Below are positions 55,109 through 64,000 of a stretch of 64,000 nt of DNA, piece after piece; position 1 is the first letter of the stretch; the number at the start of each line of letters is the position of its first letter. The notes under the pieces are model-generated. The model saw only the letters and a list, made by a program, of their open reading frames with translations. It was not told the DNA's origin and did not search any database. A program made the translations under genes and the position numbers. The stretch comes from an uncultured Pelagibacteraceae bacterium (GTDB taxonomy: Bacteria; Pseudomonadota; Alphaproteobacteria; Pelagibacterales; AG-422-B15). The DNA lies in the NCBI GenBank assembly GCA_902518955.1, contig CABYIR010000005.1, positions 3,557-67,556 of the forward strand, given 5' to 3'.

Positions 55109-56107
55109 ATTAAGATTTTTTGCAACATAAGGAGCAAAGTATGTAAGTATAGCATCTGCACCTGCTCTTTTGAAAGATGTAAGCTGTTCAATAATTACTG
55201 CATCTTCATCAATCCAACCCTTTTCACCTGCAGCTTTTATCATTGAATATTCTCCAGATACTTGATACGCGAATGTAGGAAACTTAAACTCATTTTTAAT
55301 TTTACTAATAATATCAAGATAGCTTATACCAGGTTTTACCATAATAAGATCTGAACCTTCTGAAATATCAAGAGCAGCTTCTCTAAGAGCTTCATTCGAA
55401 TTTGAGTAATTCATTTGATAACTTTTTTTATCAGATTTTAAGCTTTTATGAGAGCCAACAGCATCTCTGAAAGGCCCATAAAAATTTGATGCGTACTTAG
55501 CGGCATATGAAAGCAACAGAGTATTTTTATAATCATTATTTTCTAATGCGTCTCTTATAAGTCCAATTCGACCATCCATCATATCAGATGGCGCAATAAT
55601 ATCCGCCTTATGTTGTGCCAATAACAATGATTGTTGAACTAAAACTTGATTACTTTCATCATTCAAAATTTCATATTTATCATTTAGTAAGCCATCATGC
55701 CCATGGGATGTATAAGGATCCAAAGCGACATCACACATTACTCCAAAACTAAGTTCCTGAGTTTTTATTTTATTTAATGCCTTACAAACTAAGTTTTTTT
55801 CATTAAGAGCCTCACTTCCATTTTCATTTTTCAACTCATCAGGTGTATTAGGGAAGAGTGCAATAAGGTTAATCTTTTTATCTGAAGCAATATCAATGAC
55901 TTCTGATAAGCGGTCAATTGAATAACGATAAACACCAGGCATTGATTGAATTTCTTCTTTTACATTTTCTCCTTCACTAAGAAAAATAGGCCAAATTAAA
56001 TCATCTGAAGTTAATTTATTTTCACTAACTAAATTTCTAATCCATTTAGATTGTCGATTTCTTCTTAATCGACTCAATGGATATTTTTCCAAATAATTAG
56101 TCATCAT
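55097..56107 (-). CDS. hemB: Porphobilinogen synthase (Asp-rich, Zn-independent type)
   Basis: DVALDPYTSHGHDG, APSDMMDGR, FYGPFRDA, MVKPG, AYQVSGEY. Confidence 0.98.
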   Translation of the reverse strand: MMTNYLEKYPLSRLRRNRQSKWIRNLVSENKLTSDDLIWPIFLSEGENVKEEIQSMPGVYRYSIDRLSEVIDIASDKKINLIALFPNTPDELKNENGSEALNEKNLVCKALNKIKTQELSFGVMCDVALDPYTSHGHDGLLNDKYEILNDESNQVLVQQSLLLAQHKADIIAPSDMMDGRIGLIRDALENNDYKNTLLLSYAAKYASNFYGPFRDAVGSHKSLKSDKKSYQMNYSNSNEALREAALDISEGSDLIMVKPGISYLDIISKIKNEFKFPTFAYQVSGEYSMIKAAGEKGWIDEDAVIIEQLTSFKRAGADAILTYFAPYVAKNLNLSD

Positions 56108-56871
56108 TTCTTTTTAGGCATAATTATAAATGAACTTGTAGTTTTGATATAGTCTTCATAACCCTCTTTTGTATTTTTTATTTGACTTTCCAGCATTGAT
56201 ACACCTGACACTTTTAATAAAAAATAAGTCATAGTAATTGGCGCAATTATGACATAAAAATTAAAAGTTACTCCGTAAGAAATTATAAAAATACCCCACC
56301 AAAAAAGACTATCACCAAAATAATTAGGATGTCTTGAGTAATTCCAAAGGCCTTTGTTCATCACTTTTCCATCATTAGAACTATCAGATTTAAATTTAGT
56401 AAGCTGACTATCTGCTAAACTTTCAATAATAATGCCAGTGATTGAGATTATTATACCAATAATTGAAATAAAATTAATTTTAATATTTATATCTGAAATA
56501 AAAAGTGCTTGAAGTGGAAGTGAAACGATTGCTATTAATATTACTTGGGTAATATATGAAATTAAGTACATTCCAAAATTACCATACTTTTTTTTTATTT
56601 TTACATATCTGATATCTTCACTTTTTTTATGATTACGTAGATGAAGATAAATCATAAGCCTTAAAGACCACGTAAATACAATAAATGATGTGATAATATT
56701 GATTAATGTATAATTATTTTCACTCAGCAAAAGAATTGCGCAAACAAAGAAGAAACTTGGACCCCAATATGTATCTATAATATCTGCTTTTTTTGAATAT
56801 TGAGAATAGATCCATAAAATAGTGACTACGATCCAATTGAATATTAGTATAAATAAAAAATTTGCTATCAT
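56104..56871 (-). CDS. DUF1295 / steroid 5-alpha-reductase-like membrane protein
   Basis: D..W, ED.RY, E..AD.QL..FK, GLW.YSRHPNYFG...WWG. Confidence 0.85.
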   Translation of the reverse strand: MIANFLFILIFNWIVVTILWIYSQYSKKADIIDTYWGPSFFFVCAILLLSENNYTLINIITSFIVFTWSLRLMIYLHLRNHKKSEDIRYVKIKKKYGNFGMYLISYITQVILIAIVSLPLQALFISDINIKINFISIIGIIISITGIIIESLADSQLTKFKSDSSNDGKVMNKGLWNYSRHPNYFGDSLFWWGIFIISYGVTFNFYVIIAPITMTYFLLKVSGVSMLESQIKNTKEGYEDYIKTTSSFIIMPKKK

Positions 56872-56886
56872 TTCATAGGTATATAT

Positions 56887-57636
56887 ATGTTTTTTAAGTA
56901 TTTAGAAAACCATAAATTTTTGGCGTTTTCTCATCGAGGTGGAGCACTTGAAAATAAAGAAAATACCATAGAAGCTTTCCAAAAATCTATAGAAATAGGC
57001 TATCAATATATTGAAACAGATATTCAATGTACTAAAGATGACAAATTGGTAATATTTCATGATAATGATTTATTGAGAATAAATAATCAAAATATAAAGA
57101 TTTCAGAAATCTCATATAACGATCTAAAGAAAATAACAATTTTCGAAAATCAAATAATTCCATTATTTGAAGACGTCATAAATAATTTTAGTAAAATTAA
57201 TTTTAATATTGATCCTAAAACAAATAAAGCAGCTATCTTGTTAAGAGATAAGTTAATAAAAAGAAATGATTTAGAGAGATTTTGTGTAGGTTCTCATTAT
57301 CAAAGACGTCTTAATTTATTTCGAATGGATAAATTGAGTCAAATAGCAACTTCAATGTCTAGACAGGAAGTATTAAAGCTTTTTATAAATCAATATTTTA
57401 ATATATTTAATCAGAAGACACAATGTGTTCAAGTGCCAATCAGTTTTAAAGGAATAACAATAGTAAATAAAAAATTTGTTAATTTTGTTCATGAGCAAAA
57501 TAAGAAAATTCATGTATGGACTGTAAATACTAAAGATCAAATGCAGTTACTTATTGATCTTGGGGTAGATGGTATAATGACGGATAGGCCTTCCTTATTA
57601 AAAGATACTCTAATAAAAAATAATTTATGGATTTAA
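56887..57636 (+). CDS. Glycerophosphodiester phosphodiesterase family protein
   Basis: SHRGG..ENT, IETDI..TKD..VIFHD, HVWTVN, GVDGIMTDRP. Confidence 0.92.
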   Translation: MFFKYLENHKFLAFSHRGGALENKENTIEAFQKSIEIGYQYIETDIQCTKDDKLVIFHDNDLLRINNQNIKISEISYNDLKKITIFENQIIPLFEDVINNFSKINFNIDPKTNKAAILLRDKLIKRNDLERFCVGSHYQRRLNLFRMDKLSQIATSMSRQEVLKLFINQYFNIFNQKTQCVQVPISFKGITIVNKKFVNFVHEQNKKIHVWTVNTKDQMQLLIDLGVDGIMTDRPSLLKDTLIKNNLWI

Positions 57637-57684
57637 GCTTGTAATATTGTCATCTATTGTATAATGGTCGTAATTTCAAATAAT

Positions 57685-58116
57685 ATGGAAAGCAAAAAAA
57701 TATCAATAGCATCTGATCATGCCGGTGTTTCTTTAAAGGATTTAGTGTCTGAGCACTTGTCTCGTGAGGGTCATGAAATAATTAATCATGGGACATTCAA
57801 TAATAACTCAGTGGATTATCCAGATTATGCTAAAAAAGTTACCAATGATATTGTTAGTCAAGTTTCTGATTTTGGAATTTTAATCTGTGGTACAGGGCAA
57901 GGAATGGCAATTACAGCCAATAAACAAGTAGGTATAAGGGCCGCACTTTGTTATGAGCCAGAAATTGCTGAATTATCAAGATCACATAATGACTGCAATG
58001 TATTGACTTTGGGAGCAAGATTTATAGATAGTAAACTTGCAATTGAATGCATTTTAAAGTTTATTAATACTCCCTTTGAAGGGGGGAGACATCAAAATAG
58101 GATTGATAAAATATGA
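57685..58116 (+). CDS. rpiB: Ribose-5-phosphate isomerase B
   Basis: ASDHAG, DYPD, CGTGQG, HND.NVL, FEGGRH; ATG at 57685 preferred because the ATG at 57664 lies inside a TATAAT. Confidence 0.96.
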   Translation: MESKKISIASDHAGVSLKDLVSEHLSREGHEIINHGTFNNNSVDYPDYAKKVTNDIVSQVSDFGILICGTGQGMAITANKQVGIRAALCYEPEIAELSRSHNDCNVLTLGARFIDSKLAIECILKFINTPFEGGRHQNRIDKI

Positions 58117-59378
58117 GTTTTTTTTCTAAATCAATATCTGAGACAGATAAAATTATTTTTGGCTCAATACAAGACGAGCTTGCACGTCAACAAAACCAAA
58201 TAGAATTAATTGCTTCTGAAAATATAGTTTCAAAAGCTGTACTTGAAGTTCAAGGATCAATTTTTACTAATAAATATGCCGAGGGATACCCCAATTCAAG
58301 GTACTATAGTGGATGCGACTATGTAGATGTAGCTGAAGAATTGGCCATTGAAAGAGTTAAAAAATTATACAAATGTAATTATGCAAATGTTCAACCTCAT
58401 TCTGGCGCCCAAGCGAATGGAGCTGTTTGCTTAGCTTTATTGAAACCTGGCGATACAATTTTGGGTATGAGTTTAGACGCTGGAGGACACTTAACCCATG
58501 GCGCAGCTCCTTCTCAATCTGGAAAATGGTTTAACGCCATACAGTATGGTTTGAATGATGAGGCTTTAATTGATTATGATCAGGTCGAAAGATTAGCATT
58601 AGAACATAAGCCTAAGATGATTATTGCAGGTGGAAGTGCATATTCCAGAACAATAGATTTTAAAAGATTTAGGGATATCTGCGATAAGATAGATGCATAT
58701 CTGCATGTTGATATGGCTCATTATTCTGGATTAATTGCAGCTGAGGAGTATCCAAATCCAATAGAGCATGCACATGTAGTTACATCGACAACTCATAAAA
58801 CAATTAGAGGACCAAGAGGTGGAATGATTTTGTCCAATGATTTAGATTTGGGAAAAAAATTCAATTCATCAGTCTTTCCAGGCCTTCAGGGTGGACCATT
58901 GATGCATGTTATTGCTGCTAAAGCTGTAGCTTTTGGCGAAGCTTTAGATCCATCTTTTAAAGAATATATAAAACAGGTATTAAAAAATGCTCATGTTTTA
59001 AGTGAAACGTTGGTCGAAGGTGGTTTAAATATAATTTCTGGAGGAACTGATACTCATTTAATCCTTGTAGACCTTACAGCTAAAAATGTTACTGGAAGTG
59101 AGGCTGAATTAAATCTGGAAGAAGCTGGTATAACATGTAACAAGAACGGAATTCCTAATGATCCACATCCACCAAAAATTACATCTGGCATTAGATTGGG
59201 AACCCCGGCAGGTACTACTCGAGGTTTTAAAGAAGATGAGTTTAAACTTGTTGGAGAGCTAATTTTGGACGTTCTGAATGGCATGCAGGGCTCAGATGAG
59301 GAGAGAAAGTCAATTAACGAGAACGTAAAGTCAAAAGTTAGTGCACTTTGTGGAAAATTTCCTATATATAGTAATTAA
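58113..59378 (+). CDS. glyA: Serine hydroxymethyltransferase
   Basis: [25 protein letters not shown]-Lys in TSTTHKT, GIRLGTP. Confidence 0.99.
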   Translation: MSFFSKSISETDKIIFGSIQDELARQQNQIELIASENIVSKAVLEVQGSIFTNKYAEGYPNSRYYSGCDYVDVAEELAIERVKKLYKCNYANVQPHSGAQANGAVCLALLKPGDTILGMSLDAGGHLTHGAAPSQSGKWFNAIQYGLNDEALIDYDQVERLALEHKPKMIIAGGSAYSRTIDFKRFRDICDKIDAYLHVDMAHYSGLIAAEEYPNPIEHAHVVTSTTHKTIRGPRGGMILSNDLDLGKKFNSSVFPGLQGGPLMHVIAAKAVAFGEALDPSFKEYIKQVLKNAHVLSETLVEGGLNIISGGTDTHLILVDLTAKNVTGSEAELNLEEAGITCNKNGIPNDPHPPKITSGIRLGTPAGTTRGFKEDEFKLVGELILDVLNGMQGSDEERKSINENVKSKVSALCGKFPIYSN

Positions 59379-59395
59379 ATTTCTATATATAGTGA
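59359..59395. promoter_or_regulatory. Candidate tandem NrdR boxes
   Basis: Palindrome CTATATATAG at 59362-59371 and 59383-59392 (21-bp period), matching the core of the NrdR consensus acaCwAtATaTwGtgt; flanks match only partly. Confidence 0.5.
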
Positions 59396-59402
59396 ATTAA
59401 TT

Positions 59403-59861
59403 ATGAAATGTCCTTTTTGCGGTAACGAAGATACTCAGGTTAAAGATTCTAGATCAACTGAAGATAATTCAGCTATTAGAAGAAGAAGATTTTGTGCAGC
59501 TTGTGGAGCCCGCTTTACAACTTTTGAAAGAATTCAACTAAGAGAATTAACTGTGTTAAAGAAAAATGGCAAAAAAGTACCATTTGATCGAGACAAGCTA
59601 GAAAGATCTATTCATATTTCATTAAGAAAACGCCCAGTTGAGAGTGATCGAGTTGAAAGGATGATTAGTGGCATCGTAAGAAGAGTTGAAAGCCTAGGTG
59701 AGTCAGAAGTTGAGTCAAATGTTATTGGTGAGATTGTAATGGAAGGTCTTCAAAGCATTGACTCAGTAGCTTACGTCAGATTTGCCTCTGTTTATAAAAA
59801 TTTTCGCGAAGCTCGAGATTTTGAGGAATTTCTTGGGGAAATTGCATCAAATAAAGATTAG
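59403..59861 (+). CDS. nrdR: Transcriptional repressor NrdR
   Basis: MKCPFC..DSR..IRRRR.C..C..RFTTFE Zn ribbon, ATP-cone, [10 protein letters not shown]. Confidence 0.98.
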   Translation: MKCPFCGNEDTQVKDSRSTEDNSAIRRRRFCAACGARFTTFERIQLRELTVLKKNGKKVPFDRDKLERSIHISLRKRPVESDRVERMISGIVRRVESLGESEVESNVIGEIVMEGLQSIDSVAYVRFASVYKNFREARDFEEFLGEIASNKD

Positions 59862-59869
59862 GTATTCAA

Positions 59870-60961
59870 TTGCATCATAAGCATTACATGGAGATTGCCT
59901 CTAGAATGGCTTTCAGGGCCAAAGGCACTACTGCACCTAACCCAAGTGTAGGGGCTATAATTGTTAAGGATGGAAAAATAATTTCAAGGGGGTGGACAGG
60001 TAGGAATGGCCGTCCTCATGCAGAATTCAATGTGATACAAAGAATTAAAAATAAAAAAAAATTAATCGGAGCGACTTTATATTGCACTCTTGAACCATGT
60101 TCACATAAAGGCAAAACAGGACCTTGTGCAGATTTAATTTTAAAGCATGGATTTAAAAAAGTATTTATTTCATCAATTGACAAAAATAAAATTGTAGATG
60201 GGAAAGGAATTAAAAAATTAAAGCAAAATAATGTAAATGTTAAGTTTGTAAGGAATAAAAAAATAAATTTAATTAATAATATTTTTTTTAATTCAATAAA
60301 TAAGAAAAAGCCATTCTTAACACTAAAGATTGCGTCAACAATTGACTCAAAAATAGCTACAGCGAACTTTGAAAGTAAGTGGATAACTTCTAAAGCTTCT
60401 CGATTAATCGGACACTCATTAAGATTTAGAAATGATTGCTTATTAACTACCAGTCAAACAGTATTAAAAGATAATCCCCTTCTAGATTGCCGGCTTGAAG
60501 GATTAGAAAATTATTCTCCTGATATTTTCATATTAGATCGAGAGCTAAAAATAGATTTATCGAAGAGGATTTTTAAAAAAAAGTTTAGAAAAATCTTTAT
60601 TCTGCATAATATTAAACCTCTAAAATTTAATTCAATAAAATACAAAAAAAAGAAAATCGAATTAATTCCTATATCTCAAAGCAACGACTCTTTGGACATA
60701 AAAGAAGTTTTAAAAAAAATTGCTGATTATGGTTATCAGTCAATCTTAGTTGAGGGAGGTGGAAAAATTAGTGCTTCACTACTCTCAAATAATTTAGTTG
60801 ATAATATATATTGGTTCAAAGCATCTAAATTCATTGGACAAGAAGGTATTAGTGCAATAGATAAATTAGGAATTGATAATATGAAATCGATAAAAAAATT
60901 TAATTTATCAAAAGTAATTAAACTTGAAGATGATACTCTTAATATATTCATAAAGAAGTAA
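59870..60961 (+). CDS. ribD: Riboflavin biosynthesis deaminase/reductase RibD
   Basis: PNP.VG, HAE, TLEPCSH.GKT.PC, SKWIT, VEGG; TTG start. Confidence 0.95.
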   Translation: MHHKHYMEIASRMAFRAKGTTAPNPSVGAIIVKDGKIISRGWTGRNGRPHAEFNVIQRIKNKKKLIGATLYCTLEPCSHKGKTGPCADLILKHGFKKVFISSIDKNKIVDGKGIKKLKQNNVNVKFVRNKKINLINNIFFNSINKKKPFLTLKIASTIDSKIATANFESKWITSKASRLIGHSLRFRNDCLLTTSQTVLKDNPLLDCRLEGLENYSPDIFILDRELKIDLSKRIFKKKFRKIFILHNIKPLKFNSIKYKKKKIELIPISQSNDSLDIKEVLKKIADYGYQSILVEGGGKISASLLSNNLVDNIYWFKASKFIGQEGISAIDKLGIDNMKSIKKFNLSKVIKLEDDTLNIFIKK

Positions 60962-60965
60962 TAAA

Positions 60966-61565
60966 ATGTTCACAGGTATAATTGATCATAATGGCGAGAT
61001 AACTAAAGTTGTTAAAAGAAAAAATAGTGATGTCACTATTACTGTATCAACAAAATTTAAACCTAAAGAAATTAAATTAGGTTCTTCTGTTTGCTGTAAT
61101 GGTGTTTGCCTAACAGTTTGTGAGATAAATAAATCAAAACATAATTTAGAATTATCATTTGATGTGTCTAATGAAACAATAGCTTGTACTAACTTTTCTA
61201 ATTTGAAAATTGGTAGCAAAATTAATCTTGAGAAATCCCTTAGGATGGGGGATGAAATCAGTGGCCACTTTGTATTTGGTCATGTTGACGAGGTTCTAAA
61301 ATTATTAAGCATCAAAAAAATTAAAGGTTCTCATCAGTTGAAATTTAGTAAGTCAAAGAAACTTACAAAGTATATCGCAAAAAAAGGTTCTATTGCAGTC
61401 GATGGTGTTTCTTTAACTGTTAATTCCACTAATTCAAAATCATTTAGCGTCAATATTGTTCCATACACTTGGTCTCATACAAATTTCTATGAACTAAAAG
61501 TGAATTCACGAATAAATGTTGAAGTCGACATGCTTGCAAGATATGTTAACCAAAATTTGAAATAG
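60966..61565 (+). CDS. ribE: Riboflavin synthase (alpha chain)
   Basis: MFTGI, NGVCLTV, GHFVFGHVD, DGVSLTVN. Confidence 0.97.
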   Translation: MFTGIIDHNGEITKVVKRKNSDVTITVSTKFKPKEIKLGSSVCCNGVCLTVCEINKSKHNLELSFDVSNETIACTNFSNLKIGSKINLEKSLRMGDEISGHFVFGHVDEVLKLLSIKKIKGSHQLKFSKSKKLTKYIAKKGSIAVDGVSLTVNSTNSKSFSVNIVPYTWSHTNFYELKVNSRINVEVDMLARYVNQNLK

Positions 61566-61572
61566 TATAAAA

Positions 61573-62694
61573 ATGACAACTAAATTTATATCATCAATTG
61601 AAGAAATAATAGAAGACCAAAAAAATGGTAAAATGGTTATTATGGTTGATGATGAAAGTCGAGAGAATGAAGGGGATTTAATTCTTCCTGCTGAAAAGAT
61701 TGATGATAAAGCTATTAATTTCATGGCAAAATATGGTAGAGGATTAATTTGCTTACCCCTCACTGCTTCAAGAGTAAGAGAATTAAATTTACCATTGATG
61801 GCTCAAAATAACCAAGAAAGAGATCCAACAGCGTTTACGATATCTATTGAAGCAAAAGAAGGTGTTACTACAGGCATTTCTGCGCAAGACAGAGCAAAAA
61901 CAATTCAAACTGCAATTGATAAAAATAAGTGTGAAAATGATATCACAAGCCCAGGCCATATTTTTCCCTTAGTTGCAAGAGATGGCGGTGTTCTTGTGAG
62001 AGCGGGTCACACAGAAGCATCAGTAGATCTTGCAAGATTGTCAGGGTACGTTCCCGCAAGCGTAATATGTGAAATTATGAATGATGATGGAACAATGGCC
62101 AGAGTTCCCGACTTGATAAAATTCTCCCAAAAACATCAAATTAAAATTGGAAGAATAGTTGATTTAATAGCTTATCGTTTAGAAAAAGATACCAACATTA
62201 AATTAACACATGAAGGAGTGATCGATTTGATGCAGGAAAATAAATTTGATCTTAGAATATATGAGAGTTTAGTTGATAAAACTGAACAGATTGTTTTATC
62301 AAAGGGTGATATTTCAAACGGAGAGCCTGTAATGGTAAGGGTATATGTAATGAATATATTTGACGATATTTTTGGAGATTATGGAAGTGGGAGTGAAACA
62401 CTCAAAAAAACAATAGATATTATTTCAGAAGAAGGTCGCGGTATTCTTATACTAGTGAGAGATAGCAGCACATCAGTTATTAGTCATTTTATGAATAGCA
62501 AATCAAATTTGAAAGAAAATAAAAATGAACTAGGAAGATCTGAACTAAGAATATATGGAATGGGCGCACAAATTTTAAATGAGTTAAATGTTCGTAAGAT
62601 GATCCTACTAACTAATACAGATTGGAAGTTCATTGGTCTTGATGCATATGGTATAGATATTGTAGAGAAAAAATTTCTTTCTAAAATAAAGTAA
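61573..62694 (+). CDS. ribB: DHBP synthase fused to a degenerate GTP cyclohydrolase II domain (RibBX type)
   Basis: DDESRENEGD, TTGISA.DRA, RAGHTEA; the C-terminal domain has no Cys. Confidence 0.93.
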   Translation: MTTKFISSIEEIIEDQKNGKMVIMVDDESRENEGDLILPAEKIDDKAINFMAKYGRGLICLPLTASRVRELNLPLMAQNNQERDPTAFTISIEAKEGVTTGISAQDRAKTIQTAIDKNKCENDITSPGHIFPLVARDGGVLVRAGHTEASVDLARLSGYVPASVICEIMNDDGTMARVPDLIKFSQKHQIKIGRIVDLIAYRLEKDTNIKLTHEGVIDLMQENKFDLRIYESLVDKTEQIVLSKGDISNGEPVMVRVYVMNIFDDIFGDYGSGSETLKKTIDIISEEGRGILILVRDSSTSVISHFMNSKSNLKENKNELGRSELRIYGMGAQILNELNVRKMILLTNTDWKFIGLDAYGIDIVEKKFLSKIK

Positions 62695-62698
62695 TTGT

Positions 62699-63115
62699 AT
62701 GAAAAAAAAATTAAAGTTTCTTATTGTTTCTTCAAGCTTTTATCCAAAAATAACAAATACAATGAATCAGGAAGCAATAAAATATTTGAAGAAACTTGAT
62801 CACAACTTTGATCTGTTTCAGGTTCAAGGTTCTTTAGAGGTTCCCACAATGATTTCTATTTTATTATCAAAAAAAAAATATGATGCAGTAGTTGCTATTG
62901 GATGCATTATTAGAGGTAAGACAAGTCATTATGATTTCATATGTGGAAATATTGTTTCTTCTCTCTTAGATCTATCAATCAAAAAATCAATACCAATATC
63001 AAATGCAATTCTAAATTGTGAGAATATGAGTCAAGCAGCTGAAAGGTGTTCAGGCAAAAAGAATAGAGCAAAAGAATCAGTTGACGCAGCTTTATCTGTC
63101 TTAAAAAATCTCTGA
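62699..63115 (+). CDS. ribH: 6,7-dimethyl-8-ribityllumazine synthase
   Basis: V.GSLEVP, AIGCIIRG.T.HYD, QA.ER. Confidence 0.93.
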   Translation: MKKKLKFLIVSSSFYPKITNTMNQEAIKYLKKLDHNFDLFQVQGSLEVPTMISILLSKKKYDAVVAIGCIIRGKTSHYDFICGNIVSSLLDLSIKKSIPISNAILNCENMSQAAERCSGKKNRAKESVDAALSVLKNL

Positions 63116-63117
63116 TC

Positions 63118-63543
63118 ATGACAGAAATAAAGTCTTTACAGAGAATGCTTGCTGTTCAGATTCTCTATCAGGAGTCAATAAATCCAAACGATGATAGTTT
63201 TGATATCAATGAAACTTTGAAGGATGCAATTGAAACATTAAAATTAAATAAATTAAAAAAGAAATCCAATCTGAATTTTGCAAAGAAAATTTATTCAGGA
63301 GTTTGGTCTAACAATAAGTCTATAGACGCTGATATACTTTTAGCGTTAGGATCCAGTCATGATTTTAAAAAATTTGGGAAACTTCTTAAATTCATTTTGA
63401 AAGCAGCAGTATTTGAACTTAAGTATGATAATCAATTATCAAAAAAGATAATTATTTCTGAATATTTAAAGATCACTGATTCTTTTTATGCTAATAATGA
63501 GGCTTCATTAGTGAATGGGATATTGGATAATATTCAAAAATAA
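63118..63543 (+). CDS. nusB: Transcription antitermination factor NusB
   Basis: R..AVQ.LYQ, IL..A.FEL, II.EY, VNGILD; follows ribH. Confidence 0.9.
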   Translation: MTEIKSLQRMLAVQILYQESINPNDDSFDINETLKDAIETLKLNKLKKKSNLNFAKKIYSGVWSNNKSIDADILLALGSSHDFKKFGKLLKFILKAAVFELKYDNQLSKKIIISEYLKITDSFYANNEASLVNGILDNIQK

Positions 63544-63652
63544 TTGATTATATCCCCAATTTCATCGAAAAATTAAAGATTGCAAATACCCTATTTTTTT
63601 GGCATTTTGCTCCAGAAATTCGAATTCAAATAAAAAAAGAGGAACATCAATA

Positions 63653-64000
63653 ATGAGTATAATAAATTTAATTATAGTTAGTGGTCTATTATCGTTAGTT
63701 TACGGTTTCTGGGCTGGGAATTCAGTGCTTAAGGCTGATGCTGGAAATAGTAAAATGCAAGAAATTTCTTCTGCTATTCAAGAAGGAGCGCAAGCATATT
63801 TAAATAGACAATATACTACCATAGCTATTGTTGGGGCAATTATATGTGTTTTATTGTACCTCTTCTTCAGAGACTTATGGATTATAGGCGGTTACTTAAT
63901 TGGAGCTATTTTATCTGGTGCCGCAGGCTATATAGGGATGATTATTTCTGTTCGTGCAAACGTTCGAACAGCACAAGCTGCATCAACCGGATTGGCTCAA
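63653..64000 (+). CDS. hppA: Membrane-bound proton/sodium-translocating pyrophosphatase (3'-truncated by window edge; absent from the ORF track)
   Basis: Manual translation [13 protein letters not shown]...[24 protein letters not shown]...[19 protein letters not shown]; AGAGGA SD upstream. Confidence 0.93.
   Translation, partial: MSIINLIIVSGLLSLVYGFWAGNSVLKADAGNSKMQEISSAIQEGAQAYLNRQYTTIAIVGAIICVLLYLFFRDLWIIGGYLIGAILSGAAGYIGMIISVRANVRTAQAASTGLAQ

Noticed and set aside
63517-63626. GGGATAT/ATATCCC inverted repeat at the nusB end and AATTCGAATT palindrome before hppA
   Set aside because: Short and AT-rich with a long loop and no clear U-tract; not distinguishable from chance.

Overview
This is an AT-rich, extremely compact core-genome segment of an alphaproteobacterium. 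Gene order, tiny intergenic gaps and composition suggest a streamlined marine lineage (SAR11/HIMB59-like), but this is inference only. The window contains the 3' part of rpoC, the str-S10-spc-alpha ribosomal superoperon (no tuf), rluC-pccB-pccA and a BBOX/TmpA-like dioxygenase behind lipB. It continues with mgtE, an ALDH-HAD-RidA-GDPD-panC block, ruvX-pyrB-plsY-topA, gatCAB, tRNA-Ser(GCT), slt, dapA-smpB-folK-rsh-pyrE-pdxJ-acpS-lepB-rnc-era-recO-parC and a PuuB-like oxidase paired with a beta-hydroxyacid dehydrogenase. It ends with hemB, DUF1295, a second GDPD, rpiB-glyA-nrdR-ribD-ribE-ribBX-ribH-nusB and the start of hppA. I saw no mobile element, CRISPR array, prophage or defence island, and I cannot support a wholly new multi-gene system. 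The best leads are regulatory or orphan-enzyme signals: (1) two CTATATATAG NrdR-box cores 21 bp apart directly upstream of nrdR and the riboflavin genes; (2) a GNRA-capped hairpin in the rpsL leader; (3) stringent-type promoters at rpsL and rpsM; (4) repeated leaderless-type starts; (5) a Cys-free BBOX/TmpA-like dioxygenase with no partner gene; (6) clean absence of tuf, pyrC, dprA and rpoZ from their usual positions. All annotations come from motif recognition, not database searches.
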